DNA of 64,000 bases, taken from the NCBI GenBank assembly GCA_030141605.1, contig JAQGDQ010000056.1, forward strand, positions 248,001 through 312,000, read 5' to 3'. The notes beneath the pieces are model-generated. The model had not been told where the DNA came from. It saw only the letters and a list, made by a program, of their open reading frames with translations, and searched no databases. Shown here piece after piece: positions 1 to 18,800 of this stretch. The position numbers and the translations under genes are program-made. Source of the DNA: Tubiluchus corallicola (Eukaryota; Animalia; Priapulida). Each line of letters opens with the position of its first letter. Within the stretch, counting starts at the first letter, position 1.

Positions 1-589
1 CTATGCGTAGCATCACAATATAAAAAATCATTCTTAACCTCCTAAGTTTTAGTTTGCAAGGATTTGTTTTTCTTGAACCGTTTTGTCGAATTCGATGGCG
101 GCGAGAGGTTTCTGATTTGTGGGCTGTGTTCAGCTCTCAGCTGCTGCTTCAGTATTCTGGCTACTATGAGGCATCTGCTTGCTTTAACGTTGCTAAGTAT
201 TACATAGCATTGCGATATGCATTGAAAATGTGTATGAAGATTTGCCCGTCGGACTAATAAATACAAAGTTATGCAAAGTTGCTCTCGGTGTTGGGAAATA
301 CTCTGCTAATTACACGGTTCATGGAGGACTCACGCGCTTTCCATTTTCTTTGATATAATTGTAAACACAATCAAATACTGGTTCAGAATAGCGACTTATC
401 TGCCAAACTCACCAGTATAGTAAACAAAACATATTTGCAAAATGTCGAGCTTTTGGAACATAATACTGACTGTTTGTTAAAATGTGTCAGAGATATTTTG
501 AACCATACAGGATTTTCACATGCTTGGTAGGGAGGCTCAGTAAAAATGGGAGGCACATTAGGTCGAAACAATTTGTCAGTTTACTAAAA

Positions 590-1290
590 TGAAAACTTAA
601 AACTGATTACGCAAATTACTGAAAGGAAAATGTTAAATATCACCAAAGAAACTGGTAAAAATATTAACGCAATAACAAGTTACGAACTTATTGCAAATTT
701 AAAAATGAATCAGTAGAAGAAAGATACTTGTTGCTAATAAAAGTCACATTAAAAGAGCAAACTTTTCAAAGTTGCATATCAGCTCACAACCTTCTTGTTG
801 AGAAAGGCCGACACACCAAACCTAAAATCCCCTTTAACAACAGACTATGCCATTTTTGTAATGACCAAAAAATGGAACACAAAAAGCATATTATTGATTG
901 TAACCATTGTGATGATTTAAGACGTTGCTTGTTCTGTCATATCAGTGAAATTTTCCCAAAACTTTATGAACCTTACAGTACAGGAAAAATTTTCATTTCT
1001 GATGAATGGAATTGATTGTGAACTTGCAAATTTGGTTTCAAACTATAACACAGATTGTTCCAAAAAAAGGAAAATAAAAGCTTAATCACGGAAAATCAAA
1101 TTCAACCAGTAGTGCATTATATTGTATTTATACTATTTTTGTAAACTTGTAAATATCGCGAACTGTTTAATTTTTACTGTTTTTGCTGTTTCAGTGTGAT
1201 GATTGTACCCAACCGTTGGAATGCTTTTGTGTTATGTGTGGTTCTTTATGTGCACTGTATTGTGTCGTTCGTCAATAAACTTTAAACTTA
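590..1290 (+). mobile_element. Degenerate 3' fragment of a non-LTR retrotransposon (LINE ORF2 C-terminus with Cys/His motif)
   Basis: Frameshifted translation NNKLRTYCKFKN...ISAHNLLVEKGRH...RLCHFC...H...C parallels the C-terminus of the LINE at 43844-47151 (KLRTY...ELEHGRF...RLCKIC...H...C); AATAAA near 1274. Boundaries approximate. Confidence 0.7.
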
Positions 1291-1452
1291 CTATTATAAA
1301 AGCTACAGTAATTGCGGATTGGAAGATGTGAGCATTGTAAGTTTGCTTGGTAACAGTGAGACTATACAAACTCAGATGAATATCAGTCTGGCTCAATGCT
1401 GGTAGCAACAGCAGTTAATAATTGACTGTGCCAGGCTGCAGTTGTGTAGCAG

Positions 1453-1578
1453 GTTAATTAGATGTATTGCAAAGATAAGAATGTGGTCATTCAAACCGTT
1501 GACTTTATGTTTTAACGAGTTAGTATTAGATGCACTGCAAAGACTAGGATGTGCTCATTCAAACCATTGAATTTATGC
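1453..1578. repeat. Two-copy diverged tandem duplication (~69 bp unit)
   Basis: attagatgtattgcaaagataagaatgtggtcattcaaaccgttgactttatg recurs as attagatgcactgcaaagactaggatgtgctcattcaaaccattgaatttatg. Confidence 0.75.
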
Positions 1579-1652
1579 ACTTCTACTAGCATAAACGCTA
1601 ACTGGGTATCAGTTTTCATTCAGGAAATTAAGTAATTAGGGCAATTTTCAAG

Positions 1653-4247
1653 GTTAACTTTGTGTTCAAGGGAAAGCAGAGAGTTTTGGCATACATTTCA
1701 GAACCCTGTCAGCTGCAACAAAGTTCATTGATTAACTTAAGTAAGTGCAGACTTTTAACTTTTGTTATTCCGCCAACTGTTATCCTCATGTTTTGTGCAC
1801 GGATGTAGAAGGTCAATGCTGTTTGCTTGAAAACCACTTAAAATCGTAACCGAAATTTAGTTTCAGGCTGTGAAGTTGGTAGACCAAGCTCTCGACTCTA
1901 CCTCCTAAATTTTGGAAAATCCAACTCTAACTCCTGCCTGCTCCTGACTAATTTGATGTACTCACTGTCACTACTATCATTTTCATTTTCAACCATACAT
2001 TGACACAAAATATGCAGTGTCATTCTACTTAATTAAATTCATAGCCATTTTGTGGCATTTGGCAATAAAAATTTAAGATAGGCTAACACATAAATTTCTG
2101 AAAACAGCAAATCTAGTGATTTGGAATACTTTATTATAACATATAGATGTTATAGATGGAAAACATTTTGTGCGTGAATATGTGGTTGAAGATAAAGGTG
2201 CTTGTGAAGAGTGGGACAGTATTCTAAGTAATTTCGTTATTTAGAGACTGGACATGAAAACATAAAAATAAGTAAAGTTTCTGTGATTCATTTTACTTTA
2301 GAAAATCAGTTTTACCTAGGAGGAAATGAACCACTTTTGAAAAAGTATCTAATTAAAACACAACTGCTAAAAGTATTAAATTTATCTGCAGTCTACCTTA
2401 TGTTCGTGTAAAGCTCTCCCCTCTTTTCTCTTCTGTCGCTCTCTCTCTCTTTTGTCTGTCCATCTGTCGACTGACTGGCCAGTCGACCGACCAACTGACT
2501 TGCCTACCTATCAGCCCAAGTACCTGCCTACCTGTCTATTTATTTATCTATATTTTTGTCTTGTGTTTCTGTTGTTAGTTTCATTGGTCATTTAAAGCAA
2601 TTTAACAACATTCAGAAAAACAAAACAAACATGTCCTAAACTTAGTAAGGGAAGCCTAGAGAAGTTTTCTTGAGAGCAAGTAAGAGAATGGTACGTCTAG
2701 TACTAAGCAAATACTACCTAGTGTTTGTGTTCACAAAATCTGAGACAGTATTTACATCTGCACCTGCAATACTAAAATCTAATACACTGTGCCCCAAAGT
2801 TAGTATAAGTTGTCAAGAGAGTGCATTTTGTACTGTTGTGCTGTAATTACTAATTACATATGAAAAACAGCGTCGAAGTAAACAAACGAGCCCGGTACCC
2901 AGTTTTTCTGAATCCAACTTACGAAAGTTTGCAGTAAAAAATATTTGAGTACGATAATTTTTACGAACATTCAGAATATTTTAAATTATTACTACTTTCC
3001 AGTGACGCAACTAGTTGGGTGTGTGTTGTAAATTGCCTAATGAAGTTTGGCCAAAGCCCCCTGCCACCGAGCATTTTCCTTCATTTGGGGACATTTTTGA
3101 ACTCAAAATTGAGATGTATAAATTATGCTGCACTGATCGCAAAATTAAAAAAATAACCACGTTAATTAATGCAATGCAGAATCTGCCACCAGAAACTGAG
3201 ATATATCAACGTGAGAACGACAAATACCAAATTTTTTTATTATAAGCCAATGTAATTTGATTACCGAAAACATCAGTCATAGTTCCGTGTTGTGTGCATG
3301 ACCCTTGAAAAGCAGTTTTAATAATGAATTATTGTTAGCTTACAGGCCTATTTGAGAGGCTCCAATCGGTGTAATAGTTTTACATAGCTAATTGCTACTC
3401 GTATTCAACTATCATTCTGGTCCATAATGCACCAAATACCAATTTATACCACATTCAGGCATGACAATCAGCACTGCTAACCAGTGCCATGGCTAATAGG
3501 GGGGAGCAAGAGGAGTAACCTCTCCCACTGATCACATTTTTTTCAAAATTGGCACCTTTTCAACAATCTGCCTTATTAGTTTATTTGCCTCCCATGTTTT
3601 TAGAATGAGCGTGCATTTACACAACTCATTTGTCAAGGTTGACTGATTGAACCAAGGATAAAATTGTCCAAAATCTAATTATTATAATATTGTCACGTTT
3701 TTATGTGCTTGCTCCCCCTAACTTTAGAACCCGGCTACGCCACTGCTGTTATCCAAGACAGTTAAGCATATTTTCTATAACTGCCTTTAAGTTTTTTCAG
3801 CTCATGCAAAATCTCATTAACTTATTAGAAAGTATGTTAAACATCGTGACTATGATGTTTTGGGAATCACAAGGCAAACAACTGTTGCTTTTTCTAGTTG
3901 CATAATTAGAGATTTAAACCCCGAGAACAACAGATTTTTAGGATCCCTTGTTCCTTCCAGAAAACGTACCAAATTACTTAATATATGTATATGTAATGGA
4001 TGGGTAGTACATAATTCTATAGCTTAAATAATGAGTTATATAGCACAGGCATTCATCTTTTGTAGGATTGTCAAGAGTACTACTGTCATGTCAAGAAAAT
4101 GAACTTATTGACAGTCAGAACAAGTTCAGCAGTACAGCTACATATCCGAAGTCTGATGAAAGTGACAGCATTAATAATGAGACGACGCCTAGAACGAACA
4201 ACAGAAAAGTTGCAAAGAGTATTTTGACCAATCAGCACTTATTGTAG
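1653..4247 (+). CDS. Possible 3' coding exons of an unidentified gene starting upstream of the window
   Basis: Candidate AG..GT exons 1653-1740, 2147-2227 and 4066-4247 join in consistent phase (1,1) to give ...VIDGKHFVREYVVEDKGACEEWDSILRLSRVLLS...TNQHLL*; AT-rich downstream region with AATAAA at ~6348/6369. No family recognised. Confidence 0.35.
3482..3745. mobile_element. hAT-like MITE
   Basis: Imperfect TIRs CAGTGCCATGGC / GCTACGCCACTG; degenerate 8-bp TSD ctgctaac / ctgttatc. Confidence 0.65.
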
Positions 4248-7100
4248 CAGCTCTCAAGTGTATCAGTTGTAGGCCAAATAGTGAATTTCCAATTTGGTAT
4301 TTTAAATAATTTTATATAAGATTCCAGTTGCAATGCCCTGAAATGGTATATTTTCAAGGGTACTTACATTGTAAATGATCAGAGACTTACGAGTTGACAA
4401 AATGTTCATTCAACAGTTTTAACCAATTCAGTCTGGCAATTATACCTATTTTCTTACTCTAGTTATTATTTTTAAACAAAAACTTTTTGTTCTATACGAA
4501 ATGTATCAAATAGAAAATTGCTGTAATCATAATAGTCTGTGAACACTTGCTGAAGGTTTGTTTTCGATTCTATAGCTAAGCTGTTGTGATTTCACAATGA
4601 TGTTGGACACGTAAATGAGTTGCCAATCACTCAGATGTTCAGGACAGCATCAAAATTTGTTTTCCCTTTCTAAATGACTAGTTCACAAAATATGTACACA
4701 TGACAATGAAATTGTCTCTAATTTCTAAGATCAGCTGTACATACAACGAAATTAAAACATCAACAGTATGCTGTAAAACCTGGTTCGAACCTTATTATTT
4801 TTTTGGAATGAAAGTTCCTAGGCTTTTCTTGGCTATAAAATCAAATACACGTATAAGGCTTTTTAGATCGCATGCTTAGGTATAAAAAATTTATAAAAAT
4901 TGCAAATCTTGATATGCAGTTAAATTAGCTGCAGTAAAGCTTAACATAAAAATTACAAAATTGATTTATAAAAAGTGAATCGATTTTGATTGGTCTATTG
5001 AAATTTTGTGGTTTACACATTTATTTATACCTGTTTATTTGCAATGCATTGTAATGGGAATTTTGTGTTTTTTAGGTAATGTAAATACTGCATTGCGCTT
5101 TATAGACGTATAGCCTGCTTTTGCACGTGTTGAAATGAAATATATTTTTCTAATATATAAAATATTGCGGAAGTGTTTCTCAAGATGTTATGTGGATAAG
5201 TTATGCGCAGTACAAATTTGCCACAAAACGTATGAAACATACATGTGATAATGACCAGGAACATTGTAAATATTATTACTACAATGTGTTTTGGCTACTT
5301 TATTAATATTTAGGGAACTGATCTTTTTTGTTTTGTGTGTGTTCAGGGATAAGAGAATATAATTTGATAGAAATTTGTGTGAAATGCATAACTGTGATTA
5401 ACGGGGTGGGTATTCACAAATGGCCTTAACAATATTGTGGAACTGTTTATAATCTGCCTGCTGTGCCTATCATGAGGGTTTAAAATCTAGTCTGTCTTGT
5501 TTTTAATATAAGCTGCAGTTTCCTTTTCACAGTCTGAAACTCTGCAGTTGTAACTTGTTACTAATTAAAAATGGTTTGTTGCTTTCATATAGTAATTGTT
5601 AACTTATTTTTTTATATTATTTTATATTACTTTCTTAAGATGTTGTATGAGCAACGTATCGTTCCAAGTCTACACGTCATTTGGTTTGTTAATTACAATG
5701 GTCCTTAATTTTTGTTTAAACCACATTGTTTTCTCTGGTTGCAGTTATTTTGCTGATGCTGTACATCTGTTAAGTCTGTATCATTAATCACTAATACAGC
5801 GCTGCTGTTCATATGTGTATGTATGTATGGTGTATTTGATTGTAGATATATCGAAATGTAATAAAATTCATTTAGATATTGGGGGTCAAATTTAACCAGT
5901 TCTGTAATATTGTGTGTAGCATTAAAGAGAACACTTATTTGAGTGTTTTGTTTTGCTACCGCACACTGTAAAATATGTCTCCAACAAAATTGTCTGAAGC
6001 AGATTATCTCAGACAAAATTTTACCACAATCTGTAGCTTTTGTACGAGGCAATCCATATCAGACAAAGTAATACGTCATGCAGTAAAATTTACTAGATGA
6101 CACGTGACAAAATCATGGCTCGTTTTGGTCTGATGTGATTTTGTCTGGCAAATTGTTGCACCGAGCCCATTTACACGAGCACGACAAGTTCGTTGAGCAC
6201 AGAAATTTAAGTATGCTCAATAAAAATCTGCGCCGTACAAAGTTTGCAAACGGCATTTATTGCCGTTTACTAGATTACACTAGTAAAAATCTGTATCCGA
6301 CAATTATGCCAGACAGATTCTGTGTGTGTAATCTGTCTGGTAAGAACAATAAATTATATACTGTAACAAATAAATAACTGCTTTTCTGGCATATAATGCT
6401 TTATGAACATATGAGAACAAAAATAATTTTATACAAATAATCACTTATATATATGTTTATTTAATTAGCAGCAGACTAAGGAAACTGGCACAAAAGCACA
6501 CTAATATCTCGGCTTGCCGGACCTGGCTTTTACAGATATCGGAAAAATCTGGAACACTAAAAGGCCCACATACTATGAACAGAGTCTGTTGTTTTGCGAG
6601 CTGACTGCTAGTTGGCGGGCCGTCACTCTTTACATCATTACGTCATTGCAACCAAGCCGCATATAATGACACGTGTGTAGCTTGTTTGTCAGGAGTGGCC
6701 CGTACTAGATGTTTTTGAGACAATTAAGCGATTCATTCTACATTATATCGTAAGTCTAATACAGGGCGCCTACTGTACTATTAGCTTAGTATCAGTAAAT
6801 ACAGACAATTCGGACCGACGTTTCCCCATTTTGTCCGGCAAACTGAGATATGAGTGTTTTGTACTTCTATGTTTTCCAGCAAGAGGGCAGCACCTTGAAG
6901 GCAAAAGGAGGTGTTCTGGTGTAGCAGTCAAAGGTTACCACCAGTACTGTGATTGCTTGTAAAAGCACATGATTTGCTGGTTTGCAAGAGCAAGACTGTG
7001 TATTGTGAACAAGATAACAAAATGACTTGGTGCAGGGGTCCCACTTCTATGGTAATGCAAACGTAATTGCTTAGGAAAAAACACACACAAGAAAGTGTAA

Positions 7101-13380
<6,280 letters not shown>

Positions 13381-14099
13381 TTTGTTTGTATAAAGGAATG
13401 TTCATCATATGCAAATATGCATAGCCTAATGGTTTGCTTTGACCCGCCTATCTAGTACAATTAACCTCTTTAGTCAAGAATTCTTGGAAGCTAAACATTT
13501 AATAACTTGCCGCGCGATTTGCTTTTGAAGCTCTGGTTGTCTTCCCCAGAAAGTTTAATCAGTTAGTTGGTGCTGTTATGTCAGTGACACAGGTACAATA
13601 CAATAAGTACATCACAATAGCAATCAGGAGCTTACAGACAAAACCTTATGCGGGTCACCACCAACAGTTCAAGCACGCCAAGTGTTTTGCGAGAATTTGT
13701 GCATTATACAAAAACAGATTTTCAACTTTTTTATCACTGTGAGTACTTTCTGACACAACTTGTTGCAAAAAATGAAGCAGTCGACCTTGGAAGTATTTCC
13801 ATTTGTAAATAAACAAACTTGTCTGACTTAGAAAAGTAAACTTTTTTAATTTGTTTTCTATTAACTCACTTTATAAAATAATATATTTAATGACTACACA
13901 GGAGTTCAAGCATTACTTTGTTTCTAAAATTCATTAAAAGCCTTTGCAGTGCATACTAAACTAAGCATTCATACTTCTATACTAGTAATACTAACATCTG
14001 TGGGTTAATAGATTTCAGTCGGTTAATTGGGCCAAAACACTTCTGTCTCAAAGTGAGTTTATTAAGTGGCACCTACTGTATATAAAAACTAAATTTACT

Positions 14100-15297
14100 A
14101 ATGAAGAAATAGAAGGCAATTTAAGAAATGGAATAATTCAGATGACTGACCGGTATAAAAGTTTAGGTGACTGGTTAAATGCAAAATGTAACTATGAATT
14201 ATTGCTTGAAAAAAGAATGGAAGAATCAAAATATATGATAAGAGTATTAATGAGAATTGGAAATGAACAAGATGTAAGTAATAAAGCAATGGATGTAAGA
14301 TTACTTTTGTTTGAAACAATGATAATCCCATCAATACAGTACAATTGTGAAATATGGATGCATATTAAAAAAGATGACTGGGAGAGTCTAGAAAAAAATG
14401 TAAAAAGAGATGCTAGGAATTCTTAATCAAAAATTAGCACTCCATATTGGGGCATGTTAGCAGAAACAGGTTCGTGTAGTTTTTGCAAAAACGGGTTAAT
14501 TACAAAAAGGCAATGCTTTATTATTTACTGATGAACTCAAATGTAAACAGAATAAAAACAAGTAGTAACTGAGCAAGAAAAAAGAACACATAAAGATTGT
14601 TGGCATTTGGAAATAAGTGAGATATTAGATAATTACAGAAAGATAGATAAGATGGAGCATATAAAAATGGAGAAATGAAAAAATTAACATGGAAAAGAGA
14701 AATAAAAAGCTATAAACCACGAAATATTATAAGAACATAAAGATAAGATAAAGTACAAAGAATGGCAAATTTAGATTTCTTGATGGCTAGAAATAAGAAA
14801 AACAATGATATATCAGAGTGTGGTCTTGTAAATACAGTAAATATAATGGAAATGAAGTTAAATATGAAAGAATCAAGATGTGATTACAAGGGAAATAAAT
14901 GTGAAGACTTATTATGTCCTAAGTGCAGGATTCAAAAATATACAACAGAACATGCACTAAGTTGTGAGAAATCGGAATGAATAGTCAGAATACTAAATAA
15001 ATACAACATTGGGACAGAGACTATTAAACTATACTTTTCAACGATTAGTAAGAGCATTTAGAGAAATTATGGAATCGACAAAATACGTAGCTGTTACAAG
15101 GAAATGTAATAAGTGGGAAGGGTGACACTTATATGCAGAATTGGGAATGAGCATATAATGACAGGAAAAAATAATTTTGCTCATGCACACTTAAGTTGTC
15201 CTCATCTTGGAAAATGTGAAGAGGAGGAGCAAGTGAACCGCTGAAGACTAGTCTTAATTAGTAGTGACTAGCAAATAACCTAAAGTAAAGTCTAAAG
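14100..15297 (+). mobile_element. Degenerate 3' remnant of a non-LTR retrotransposon between PSMA1 and ATP6V1E
   Basis: Broken translation YKSLGDWL...LLFETMIIPSIQYNCEIW...TPYWGMLAETG...LCPKC...TTEHALSC resembles an RT thumb/C-terminal Cys-His region; 3' hairpin CTAGTC..GACTAG (15248-15271) followed by a short TAAAG-repeat tail. Confidence 0.7.
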
Positions 15298-15881
15298 ACT
15301 ACAAAATTATATACTGAAATAGTTTGTCAGAAGTATGCAAGAGGCGAATACTAAAAATAACAAGTCAATAAAGAGACTGCTTCTCTGACACGACACAGCA
15401 TAGTGTGTATTGCTAAAACGCTTCTATGATCCAAAAATACTTAATTTTAATTAGAAACAATACATTTACAAAAATATTATAAATAACGTGCAAACTCACC
15501 ATGACGCTCGTTGTTGGAAACTAGACAGGAAAGGTTGTGCTGACACCTAATGGAAGGAAAGACAAACAAAAATTTAATTTTAAAAAATGCTTTAAATAAA
15601 CTTATTTGTAAAAATAAATTTGAGTTCGCAATTCTTCGAATAACGTATCTAAATTTACCCCACATTTACTGTCGTAATTATTTTATTAAACATTCTTTTT
15701 CCAAATTTAGCGATTCCGTGTCGTGCAAAATAAGAAATTTGCAACCGTACACGGAGTAGTACATGTTTTCTCACTGTACGTTTTCTTGTTGTAGTGTTGG
15801 TTTCTTTCTTGTGTTCTTATAATTCGATTTCGTGCATTTAACTAACTATTGTAACTGTTTTGGGTCTGACGTACTGCGAAA

Positions 15882-18800
15882 ATGGCGCTGAGTGACGCTG
15901 ATGTCCAGAAGCAGGTGCGTATTAAAATGAATAATTGAAACAAGTGGTGATACGTGCATAATTACTATAGGTGACCAAAGGCCATCTATCATTGACTATA
16001 CCTTTGAATGGTTTATCCAGCCTATAGTTTACATTGAGCGCGCCACTCTCATTGCGCTTTTAAATTTACTTATGTTCTCTGAAGCTATTCCGTTGCTTCA
16101 ACACATCTATTATACAACTAATTATATACAACACATTTGTTACATAATAATGATAATTATTAATACATATTTATTGCCTAATGTATATTTAGGCAGCTCT
16201 AGAATGAATGCAGAGCCTAGGTTCCTGGCCGTAGTTCTGTGATAAAGTGAGTGGTAAGGTATCTTCATGTTTGAGCTAGGTCAGTCAATAGACAGATGAA
16301 TGGCTTAGATTCTTGTTTGTGTAAATAGCAGGAAAGCAAATCAAACAAGACATATTGTAAATTAAGTAAGAGGTTTGTAAAAGCATGACGATAAAAAAGT
16401 TTTCTTTCTTCTCATTACAAATTATTACAGCCCCTCAATAGATGTAGCGATTTTAGAAAAGATTTAAATAAATGAATAAATATAAACCTGTCTCTCTCTC
16501 TATCTGTGTCTGTGTTACACTACAATTCTGCTTTATTTTCGTTAGAGCATATTAATTCTTTTGCATACAAGTGACATTTCCTGAGTACGAACTGCTTATA
16601 GTTGTCACTAGTGCATAGATTTCTGGCATAGATTTTTGCTGGACATTTAAACTAAGCTTCATATATTTCTTTTTTAGATTAAACATATGATGGCCTTTAT
16701 TGAGCAAGAAGCTAATGAAAAAGCAGAAGAAATAGATGCAAAGGTATATCAATAACTTATTTCAGTTGAAGTTGAGTTATAGAACTCAGTTTGGCCTTGA
16801 AATCTAGCATCTTTATCTTTTTAGAAAAATGCTCGGCTATTAAGTGAATATGAAGTCTCTTTCTATACCCTAGTGATTTTATTCAAAATGAAATCCAGTT
16901 TCTCTCTGATTATATTTCCTCACCTGAAATTGTTACCTTGGAATACTGTTAAATAGGGGTGAGCATCGAACGTTCGAGGTCGAATGTTCGAATTCGATTC
17001 AAACTTAAAATTATAGATTCGAATAATTCAGCACTTCAACCACATACGTTCTTTATCATTAAAACGTTTGAAATGTCATGCAATTATTACAATTTAGCAG
17101 CTACTTCTGTGCAAAATTTTTAAACAAATTATTAGCGGTTTTACTGCAGAACAAAATCGGGTATTGTGCGTGGTCTTTGTAAAACAGTTCTTTACTTGTG
17201 GTTCGAAAACTTGTTCTAAAATCTTTCAAACACGATTCGAATTCGAAATACTGAAATTCGCCTTGGTTGGAATTCGAAAGTCACACATTCGGTTCGCTTT
17301 CTGGTAGAGAATGTTCACCCCTACTGTTAAACAGTTACGTTATATGACATATCATTATGTAGGCCTAGTGATGGGAGTAATATAAATGTAACAGTTCCAA
17401 AATGAACTGTAACTATTACGAGTTACAAATTTTTTAAGTAACTTGACTTGTAACAGTACTTAACTAGTTAGTTACTTCTTTCGCTTAATTTAGAAAGGAA
17501 ATAACAGTTATTTTTATGGTTATATTATTCTAAAATTCAGTAGAACAAAGTAAAACAAAAGTTTATTATTTGTACATCACGTAATGGCCTTGGTTAGTTT
17601 ATTATACTCGATATAAACGTAATAGCAAGTTTTGCGCATTATTCAGGCTGAAGAAGAATTTAACATAGAGAAAGGTCGACTTGTCCAGCAACAGAGAGTG
17701 AAAATCATGGAGTATTATGAGAAGAAAGAGAAACAGGTAGAACTTCAGAAACGAATTCAGGCTTCAAATTTACTCAACCAGGGACGACTGAAGGTGCTGA
17801 AGACACAAGAGGATCATGTTAAGGTGCGATTGAATTCTGGTGTGATTATGATATTTGTGTATTTACTTTCATTAATGACATATTCTTCTCATGGACTTCT
17901 TCTAAGTCGCCATTATCATTTTGAAGGTTTTTCAATAGCCAAAAAATCGTATAATTTTAAACATGAATATAATTGTATATCTGTATACCTCTTCTAAGAG
18001 ATGAAAGAAATTCCACTTGAATCAACTCTGAAATTCTTGTTATAATAACCCATCCACTGTAGTCGAACTTCTGGAAGCCACCATTTCTGCACCTCTTAAT
18101 ACAAGAATTGTGAGAATAGTAATCTAAATTACAAAGAGATTTTTATTGCCCAGCAAAATGGCTTTTTGGATAATTTAGTCAAGTAGTGAAATGACCGATA
18201 TTGAAGATTGCACTCACATAGTTTAGGCCTTCACTTCATCTATAATTAAATAGAGGAGTTAATGATGTGTGAGTGTCAAAGAAGGATTTTAAAAGGTTCA
18301 AACATTGATATCCTAATGCTAATTTAAATTGATATTACTTCCAGGGTTTATTAGATGCTGCACGGCAACGACTTGGTAATGTCACAAGAGATCCAGAAAA
18401 ATACAAAGTCGTACTAGAGAAACTTATTGTACAGGTGGGTATTTCTTAGTTTCTGTAACCTTCTTTATTGGATAGAATTGAGAACTTGTTTACTTCTGCT
18501 ATTCTAATCTATGTAGATAACTTCTTTGAAAACATCTGATGATGCAACAAGCTCGGCAGAACTTGACATAACATTCTTGAACTTAGTACAAGAATGATTA
18601 TGCAATACTGTATTTTTCAAAAGAAATTTAGGATGGAGTTTACAATTCCTCACACAATTTAAATATGCTAACCCTAATCCTAGCCCTAATTTCTTGTGTG
18701 TGGGGAATTATAAACTTCAGCCAAAACTTATAATTTCTGTGAATACATTAGGAACTGACAGTTTTGAATGTGTAGTTGTGAATTGTTTAAAATGGTTATA

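Noticed and set aside
42-266. Overlapping short ORFs at the window start
   Set aside because: No recognisable motifs or supported exon structure.
15241-15275. CTGAAGA followed by a stem, resembling a hammerhead ribozyme core
   Set aside because: The stem is followed by CAAA rather than GAAA and no stems I/III are evident; better explained as the 3' hairpin of the LINE remnant.
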